Below are positions 57,999 to 64,000 of a DNA stretch of 64,000 bases, piece by piece (the first letter of the stretch is position 1; each line of letters starts with the position of its first letter). Location: the IMG/VR virus record IMGVR_UViG_3300020576_006967, positions 64,001 through 128,000 of that record; one strand, given 5' to 3'. This stretch comes from a virus (lineage: Duplodnaviria > Caudoviricetes). The notes below the pieces were generated by a model. That model did no database searches. It had not been told where the DNA came from and saw nothing but the letters and a program-made list of their open reading frames with translations. The position numbers and the translations under genes are program-made.

Positions 57999-58418
57999 AT
58001 TAAAATGTCATTTATTCAGATTTTTTTGTGCATAATTATAGGTGTATGCTTGCTAGAATTTAGAGAGTTAAATGCAAATAAAATTAAAAATGACGAAAAA
58101 ATAGTTTTCGTTATTTTAGTCATTTTGGTTATTATTTTATTGCACACTTTTTATGCTGATAGTGTGGATATGGTTCAAAATTAATAAAATGGAAAACATA
58201 GATTTAGAAGAAGGTACAGAAAATTACACACACGAAGAATTGAAAGCTTTAGTTGATAAACAGTGGAGTAGAATGTCTGATGAAGAAAAAGCATGGAGAT
58301 GCGGTTATAGAAACGGCGTTCTTGATCCTACGTTTCACGAATATGTTTTGTACCATACAAAAGCAGGGGATAAAATTGAATTAAACGAGTATACAAAAGA
58401 ATTTAAAATAATAAGATA

Positions 58419-58718
58419 ATGTCATATTGCAAACATTGTGGAGACAAACTCACGAGCCTTGAATTGGCTACGACACATCACTGTAGTAAAATGGGTATTT
58501 TACATGCTTTAACCGATGGAACATTTATTGTTTCTACTGCAATAGAGGTCGCAACTGGATCCTCTTCTCTGGGTTCTTTGGGCGGAAATATACTTGGCGG
58601 TGCCGCAGATAGTGTTATTGGCGGAATTAGTTCTTTTTTCACAAGCGATGACGATGAAGAAGATGATGATGATGATGATGATTATGGGACATCAGATGAT
58701 GATGACTGGGATGATTAA
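58419..58718 (+). CDS. Small protein with Cys/His N-terminus, Gly-rich segment and poly-Asp tail
   Basis: CKHCG..HHC; GSLGGNILGG; DDDEEDDDDDDD. Confidence 0.6.
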   Translation: MSYCKHCGDKLTSLELATTHHCSKMGILHALTDGTFIVSTAIEVATGSSSLGSLGGNILGGAADSVIGGISSFFTSDDDEEDDDDDDDYGTSDDDDWDD

Positions 58719-58729
58719 TTTTTTATATT

Positions 58730-59080
58730 ATGAAATTTATATCGCTTAATCAGAAACAAGATGCGTGTTCAATAAAAAGAACTCAAGCCCAAGAAGGAAA
58801 GTGGAATTTACAAAATAAAGAAAGCGGTAAATACATTTCCGACATTTGGTTTGATAATTTGGGAACATGGAGTAGCTTTTCATCTATTGTAGGTAATGAG
58901 CATGATATTTTTGGTTGGGATGGATTAATATTTTTAGAAGAACCAAGACCAGCAAAGGGGGCTTATCCATATATGGTGAAATCTAAAATTTATCATTACA
59001 ATAGTGAGGGCGAATTGTTAAGTATTGGCGAAAATGTCTGTGGAATATGGGGGTTTGGTTATAATGAAAATGCTAGATAA
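58730..59080 (+). CDS. Hypothetical protein
   Basis: ORF track. Confidence 0.5.
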   Translation: MKFISLNQKQDACSIKRTQAQEGKWNLQNKESGKYISDIWFDNLGTWSSFSSIVGNEHDIFGWDGLIFLEEPRPAKGAYPYMVKSKIYHYNSEGELLSIGENVCGIWGFGYNENAR

Positions 59081-59194
59081 TAAAAAATGAACGAGGAGAT
59101 GGATAATTTTAAGACATTTGTTAAAATTTGGGTTTTATCTTTAATTTCTGTATTTTTAATAATTGTTATAGCTTTAATTATAAAAATGTAAAGA

Positions 59195-59641
59195 ATGAAA
59201 TTTTTTTTAAATATCTTTTTTTGTTTAATAGTTTTGTTTTGTAGTGCTCAAAAACACGAAGAAAATATCTATAAAACATGCGTAGCTACAAATACCTTAA
59301 CAGTTAAATCTCATACCTCTACAACAATATATTATAGAACGACAATAAAAGTAAAAGAAGATACAATAGCGTCTATATATCTTTTTATTGTGGCAAAAAT
59401 TGGAAATGAATTTGTTGGTGTTTGGTTGGCAAACGAAAAAACAAAGGGCATGCTTTTCTCTTATGTTTATGGAAAAGGAAACGAGACTGGTGTTTTTGAA
59501 TACAACAAGGAATATATGGCCGTATCTACGTCTGGAAGATCAATGTCATTTGTTGAAAAATCAGATTCAGTATATCTACCCTCTAAGCTTAACAAACAAG
59601 TGCTTGAAAAAAATATAGTAGAACACTACGTATTCAAATAA
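59195..59641 (+). CDS. Secreted hypothetical protein
   Basis: Signal peptide ending CSAQ. Confidence 0.55.
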   Translation: MKFFLNIFFCLIVLFCSAQKHEENIYKTCVATNTLTVKSHTSTTIYYRTTIKVKEDTIASIYLFIVAKIGNEFVGVWLANEKTKGMLFSYVYGKGNETGVFEYNKEYMAVSTSGRSMSFVEKSDSVYLPSKLNKQVLEKNIVEHYVFK

Positions 59642-59651
59642 AACGAAAAAA

Positions 59652-60296
59652 TTGAAAAAATTACTTTATTTACTCAGCTCAATATTGGTTTATTTGTGGA
59701 TTTGTAATACGCCGACATTTCAATTCATAGCGTGGCCAATAAATATGCTTTGTACTTTTTTACACGAATTTGGTCATGCGTTTTTTTCTATAATTTCTGG
59801 CGGTACAGTACACTCTTTAGCAGTTAACAATGATGGCAGTGGCGTTACAACAACGAGCGGAGGCAGTCAAGGATTGTGCACAATAGGCGGTTATGTTGGA
59901 AGCGCTATTTTTGGAAATGTTATGCTGTGGTTATCTGGAAGTAAGTGGTCTTCTATCACTTTAAAAATTATTGCTTTTGCAATGTTCTTTTCTTCTATAA
60001 TTTGGTTTGACAATATTTTCACAACTGCTATTCTGGCTTTTTTTGCAATTGGTTTATACTTTGTTTCAATGGTACCTTTTAACTCGTTTGTTTTAAGTTT
60101 CCTTGGTGTTGCTTGTGCTATTTACATTATACAAGATTTCAATGTTGGACCAACATCAGATCTTCAAGCTTACGAGCAAGAAGTTGGTATATTTCCTGCA
60201 GGTGTTTGGATGTACATTTGGTTAGGTTTAGTTTTGGCAAGTACATCTTTTACGATGTGGAAAATTTTAAAAATAAATAATGGAAGAAGCAATTAA
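59652..60296 (+). CDS. M50B-like intramembrane metallopeptidase
   Basis: HEFGH, GGYVG, SD; multiple TM. Confidence 0.8.
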   Translation: MKKLLYLLSSILVYLWICNTPTFQFIAWPINMLCTFLHEFGHAFFSIISGGTVHSLAVNNDGSGVTTTSGGSQGLCTIGGYVGSAIFGNVMLWLSGSKWSSITLKIIAFAMFFSSIIWFDNIFTTAILAFFAIGLYFVSMVPFNSFVLSFLGVACAIYIIQDFNVGPTSDLQAYEQEVGIFPAGVWMYIWLGLVLASTSFTMWKILKINNGRSN

Positions 60297-60519
60297 AATC
60301 GAAAATGGACAACGTATTTCTATCCCAGTGTGCGGATTAGAGTTTAACGTTGGAAGCAATACAATATGGGTTCACTCACCAGAAGGCGGAACTGTTTTAC
60401 GAATAAAATGTAAAGGTAAAATCAACGTTGAAAAATGTACAAATAGTCCAATATCACATTCAGACATTATTGTAGAAGGAGATATAGATTTTTGTTTGTC
60501 TGAAGATGCTGAAAGTTAG
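60280..60519 (+). CDS. Hypothetical protein
   Basis: ORF track. Confidence 0.5.
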   Translation: MEEAIKIENGQRISIPVCGLEFNVGSNTIWVHSPEGGTVLRIKCKGKINVEKCTNSPISHSDIIVEGDIDFCLSEDAES

Positions 60520-61004
60520 GCGGACAAATACAAGCCGAAAGCAATCATTGCAACTCCAAAGAAAGCTAGATAAACTCGCCTTTTTCCATACCAAAACCTG
60601 GGAATCCAAATTGTTTTATTTGTAAACGGATTTGCTAACTCCATTTGTTTCTTTTCGTTTGGATCTATAAACGGCTTTCCACCTCCTATATTAACAAATC
60701 CTTGATAGATGGGGCCAGCCATTGCAGAAGTACCAGCAGAGATCAAATATGCAGATAATAGACTCATCCAAATAACATCTGGATGTATGATTCTCATCAT
60801 CGCAAAAAGCATAACGCCAAAAGCTCCAAATAGCGAATACCAAAAAGGAGTCTGGACATAATGAAGGTTTTTAATATATTTTTCAAGCAACGCAGGTAGT
60901 GGGATGTTTCCTTTGGCGTAAAAGCAACCAGATTTAACCGCACTCCAGATGTGTGCACTTGCTACCAGAAGGACCGCAATGATGATGTAAATAATTGTCT
61001 CCAT
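60516..61004 (-). CDS. Membrane protein
   Basis: Start METIIYIII after a TATTTAT motif; several TM. Confidence 0.6.
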   Translation of the reverse strand: METIIYIIIAVLLVASAHIWSAVKSGCFYAKGNIPLPALLEKYIKNLHYVQTPFWYSLFGAFGVMLFAMMRIIHPDVIWMSLLSAYLISAGTSAMAGPIYQGFVNIGGGKPFIDPNEKKQMELANPFTNKTIWIPRFWYGKRRVYLAFFGVAMIAFGLYLSA

Positions 61005-61111
61005 AGTTGAACTTTTGTTAATAAATATGTTTAAAAAAGGTCTGGGAAAATTTGGAAAATTGTGAAACCTTTTATATCTTTGTTCGTATAATATTAAAAT
61101 CAAGACGAAAG

Positions 61112-61762
61112 ATGCAAAAGACAGCCACGCAAACAGCCACAAACAGCGCAAGCAAAGGGTTAACAAAGAACGTAATTCAATTCCGTAATGGTTTTGTAAA
61201 TTTACCAAGTTCTAAATCGGCTAATTATCAGATGGCAATGTCTGTTACTGCTGAACTTATGCAATTTGGTTATATTCTTGAACAATCTGCTATAACAAAT
61301 TTGAGCTCAGCTTCCAAAGAAGATATTATAAATTTCCACAATGAAATAATTGTGTATTTAAAACATATGACTGGTTCTAATAGAAACTACCAAGCTTTCT
61401 ATTCTGGTTTTCCAACTCAAGTAATGGAAATGTCTGATTGCGAACTTTGGGTAAACCAAATTGTTCATTATATTTCTAATGGTCGTTTTGTTCCAAACGA
61501 ATGGACAAAAGAAAAACCGACAGCTTTCGAGAATTCAAAATATACAAAAATTGGTTCTGGAAATGATGAAAAATTTATAAACATTTTTACTGATTTGGTA
61601 AGTGTAAACAACTCTTTAACACCAGACGATCAAAGCATTATTGAGTTTTTTATAAGCAATGGAATTGAATTAAGATTTCCTGACCAGATACCATTTAAAG
61701 AAAATCTTTGCAAGGTTATAGGTGAATTAGCTAAAAGTGGTAAAAAAATAGAAATTGAATAA
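61112..61762 (+). CDS. N-terminal part of a split TerD-domain-containing protein
   Basis: ELMQFGY..FYSGFPTQVM..QIVHY..IPFKENL; family pattern continues in 62751+. Confidence 0.65.
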   Translation: MQKTATQTATNSASKGLTKNVIQFRNGFVNLPSSKSANYQMAMSVTAELMQFGYILEQSAITNLSSASKEDIINFHNEIIVYLKHMTGSNRNYQAFYSGFPTQVMEMSDCELWVNQIVHYISNGRFVPNEWTKEKPTAFENSKYTKIGSGNDEKFINIFTDLVSVNNSLTPDDQSIIEFFISNGIELRFPDQIPFKENLCKVIGELAKSGKKIEIE

Positions 61763-61765
61763 AAA

Positions 61766-61826
61766 CCATAACAGACTTTGTTTTTTTTAAAAAAACTTAA
61801 TATTTATATTAAAAAGTCTGTTATGG
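61766..61826 (+). promoter_or_regulatory. 14-bp hairpin sequestering the endonuclease ATG, with TATTTAT in the loop
   Basis: ccataacagacttt / aaagtctgttATGg perfect inverted repeat. Confidence 0.8.
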
Positions 61827-62737
61827 AAGAAAAAACTAAGTATTTTATTGGCAAAGCAAAAAAAACACATGGAAACAAATATGATTACTCTTTAGTTGAA
61901 TATAAAAGTAGTCGAGAAAAAGTTAAAATAATTTGCAAAAATCACGGAGAATTTGAGCAACAAGCTAATTCTCATTTGCAAGGAAAAAAATGTATGCAAT
62001 GTTCAATAGAAGAAAGATCTTTGAAAAGAAAAAACACAAAAAAAGAATTTATAAACAAAGCGATTGAAATACATGGGAAAATTTTCGATTATTCAAAGGT
62101 TGACTATGTAAACAATAAAACTAAAATTAAAATAATTTGTAAAAATCACGGAGAGTTTGAACAAAGACCAGATTGCCACTTATTTTTAAAACACGGATGT
62201 CCAAAGTGCGGCGGCACTTCAAAAGTTAGCTTAGAAGAGTTTAAGAAAAGAGCAAATGATAGACACGATGGTTTTTTTAATTATTCAGCAGTAACATTTA
62301 ATAATATTACTGATAAAGTTGAAATAAATTGTCCAAAACATGGCCCATTTATACAAGGTGTTAAAGCTCATTTAGATGGAAATGCTTGCCCTAATTGTAA
62401 GACTTCAAAATTAGAAAACAAAATTTTAAAAGAAATAAAAGGAATAACAAATGAAATTAGAATTAAACAATTTTACAAGAGCGCATGGTTAGAAAGACAA
62501 CATATTGATATTTTTTTGTTAGATTTTAATATAGCAATAGAGTGTCACGGAATACAACACTATGAGGTAATTGAAAAATTTGGAGGTGAACCCGCATTCA
62601 AAAAAAGAATTGAGTTGGATTCTAAAAAAAGAAAACTGTGTGCAGAAAACAATATTGAACTTTATGAAATTCCGTATTTTTATAACAAAAGTGAATTGAA
62701 TGAAGTTTTACAAAAAATAAAAAACAAAATAGCATAA
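61823..62737 (+). CDS. Homing endonuclease with three C..HG.F.Q..H..CxxC repeats and a C-terminal Vsr/PD-(D/E)xK-like domain
   Basis: Repeated KIICKNHGEFEQ; HIDIF..AIECHGIQHY..D..K..C. Confidence 0.75.
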   Translation: MEEKTKYFIGKAKKTHGNKYDYSLVEYKSSREKVKIICKNHGEFEQQANSHLQGKKCMQCSIEERSLKRKNTKKEFINKAIEIHGKIFDYSKVDYVNNKTKIKIICKNHGEFEQRPDCHLFLKHGCPKCGGTSKVSLEEFKKRANDRHDGFFNYSAVTFNNITDKVEINCPKHGPFIQGVKAHLDGNACPNCKTSKLENKILKEIKGITNEIRIKQFYKSAWLERQHIDIFLLDFNIAIECHGIQHYEVIEKFGGEPAFKKRIELDSKKRKLCAENNIELYEIPYFYNKSELNEVLQKIKNKIA

Positions 62738-62750
62738 AAAAACAAAGCAT

Positions 62751-64000
62751 ATGAACACAACATTAAATAAAGAACAAAACACTATTGTGTTAAAAAATTT
62801 AAAACTGACCGTGACAGATATTTTGCGTGTGGCAGTTCATATGTCTGGTGGAGATATTTCATTGCCAAAGGTGCCAAGAAAACTTATTAGAGCTAACAGA
62901 TGGAGCTCACATCAGTCTGCCAATCCAGAGCGTGAAAAATTTAAGTTTAAAAGCTTTTCTCGTCCTGAACGTAGAATTATCCTTTCTCTTCTTGAGAAAA
63001 CAAATTGTGATGCTTCCGAAGCAAAACTTAAAGCGCAGCGTTGGGCAAAACTTGGTCATTCACTTCACGTTGGTGAATATGCAAAGAAATTTCCAAAAGC
63101 TTTAGCTATGTTCAATTCTGTGCGTAATGAAAAGGTGCAGTCTTGGTATGGTAAAGTAAATAGCGCATTTGCTTCTTCTTTTAACGAAGGAATTAAACTT
63201 CTTTCACAAAGACCAGGTGAATTTATGCGTAAACTTGACTGGTTGCTTAGAACAGAGGTTTCAAGCACAAAACCTTTTAAAGGAAATATCCTTGCAAAGT
63301 ATTTTACTAAGGATCCACATGTTTCAGATTCTTTAAAGAAGTTGACCCTTGAAGAAAGAGTTGCTCTTGTATTGGATGTGTTTAAAGTTATTGCTCCTAA
63401 AGTAAGTAACAAAGTGTTATATGAAGCATATAGCCATTTTGAAGGGCGTTACGAGGAAAAAACTAATAGAACTATTATGGTAAAGGGTTCAAGAAAAAGA
63501 ACTACATTACCTAGTTTGCCAGCTATTCCAGCAAGTGTAATTGAATCAGTTCAGCGAGGTGTTATTGAAGCTCTTATGAGTAAATTTGCTGCATTACCAA
63601 AGCTTGAAAAAGTTTATGTGGATGAGCAATTAAAAAACATTCCTATGCCAACTAACATGCGTTCTTTAAATTCTTCGTTGAAGCCTACTATCAGAGGTTT
63701 GAGAATGCCTATTGGAAACACAGACTCTAAGGTAATTCGTGTTTATGTTCACTGGTTCGATGAACGTGGAAATAAAGATATTGACTTGAGCACAACTTTT
63801 GTTGGAAATAACAAGCAGCCAATTGTAATTGCTTACACAAATTTGAGAAATGAGTTTACTACTCACTCAGGTGACGTAAGGCACCGTCAAGGTGCTTGTG
63901 CTGAGTACATCGACATTGAAATTGCTAAAGCACGTAAGGCTGGATACAAATATGCAACTGTTGATATCAGAAACTTCAATGGTGGATCTCTTGCGTCAAT
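62751..64000 (+). CDS. C-terminal part of a split TerD-domain-containing protein; runs off the window edge (not in ORF track)
   Basis: MNTTL..TVTDILRVAVHMSGGDISL..RPGEFMRKLDWLLR..HW..DIDLS..HSGD..EYIDI. Confidence 0.75.
   Translation, partial: MNTTLNKEQNTIVLKNLKLTVTDILRVAVHMSGGDISLPKVPRKLIRANRWSSHQSANPEREKFKFKSFSRPERRIILSLLEKTNCDASEAKLKAQRWAKLGHSLHVGEYAKKFPKALAMFNSVRNEKVQSWYGKVNSAFASSFNEGIKLLSQRPGEFMRKLDWLLRTEVSSTKPFKGNILAKYFTKDPHVSDSLKKLTLEERVALVLDVFKVIAPKVSNKVLYEAYSHFEGRYEEKTNRTIMVKGSRKRTTLPSLPAIPASVIESVQRGVIEALMSKFAALPKLEKVYVDEQLKNIPMPTNMRSLNSSLKPTIRGLRMPIGNTDSKVIRVYVHWFDERGNKDIDLSTTFVGNNKQPIVIAYTNLRNEFTTHSGDVRHRQGACAEYIDIEIAKARKAGYKYATVDIRNFNGGSLAS

Noticed and set aside
58646-58716. GAT trinucleotide run as a functional DNA repeat
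   Set aside because: Explained by the poly-Asp tail of ORF 58419-58718
61763-62750. Group I intron interrupting the TerD-domain gene
   Set aside because: Non-coding flanks are too short and AT-rich for a ribozyme core, and both halves have their own stop or start
4395-63866. Short antisense or alternate-frame ORFs in the track (e.g. 4395-4664, 7994-8332, 19311-19643, 22899-23198, 62827-63105, 63065-63412)
   Set aside because: They are shadows of longer motif-bearing genes and have no motifs or expression signals of their own
1-64000. CRISPR array, rRNA or canonical tRNA genes
   Set aside because: No regularly spaced repeats or cloverleaf candidates seen by eye; a tRNAscan run would be needed to exclude divergent tRNAs
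1-64000. Stop-codon reassignment as seen in some large phages
   Set aside because: Conserved genes are full length in the standard code, and TAA, TAG and TGA all end genes at expected positions
1-64000. Cellular (bacterial chromosome) origin
   Set aside because: Host-like genes are scattered among orphan ORFs and homing endonucleases with no bacterial operons; phage origin remains an inference because no capsid or tail genes fall in this window

Overview
AT-rich, gene-dense 64 kb segment in the standard genetic code. It reads as part of a very large (jumbo/huge) tailed-phage genome with a Bacteroidota host. Evidence for that: a Bacteroidota-type primary sigma factor copy, TTTG..TAnnTTTG host promoters, five free-standing homing endonucleases, a terminase-ATPase paralog, an intein-containing UvrD-like helicase, many small orphan ORFs and host-like auxiliary genes (RNase R, SmpB, PepF, sirtuin, PPK2, aminotransferase, SemiSWEET, Dps-like). 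The main result is a circularly permuted two-piece tmRNA on the minus strand (acceptor piece ~10952-10885, coding piece 10686-~10482). Its ~200-nt intervening segment holds a complete 60-aa lipoprotein gene, its predicted tag is 30 aa long and ends in -AELV, and SmpB and RNase R are encoded in the same window. Also visible: a conserved ECF-type promoter (AAC-N16-CGTATAA, 12 copies), a putative late motif (TATTTAT) sitting in or beside the loops of hairpins that hide endonuclease start codons, a TerD-domain gene split in two by an endonuclease with no intron, and an intein carrying a GIY-YIG-like rather than LAGLIDADG insert. All functional calls come from reading motifs by eye; no database searches were run.
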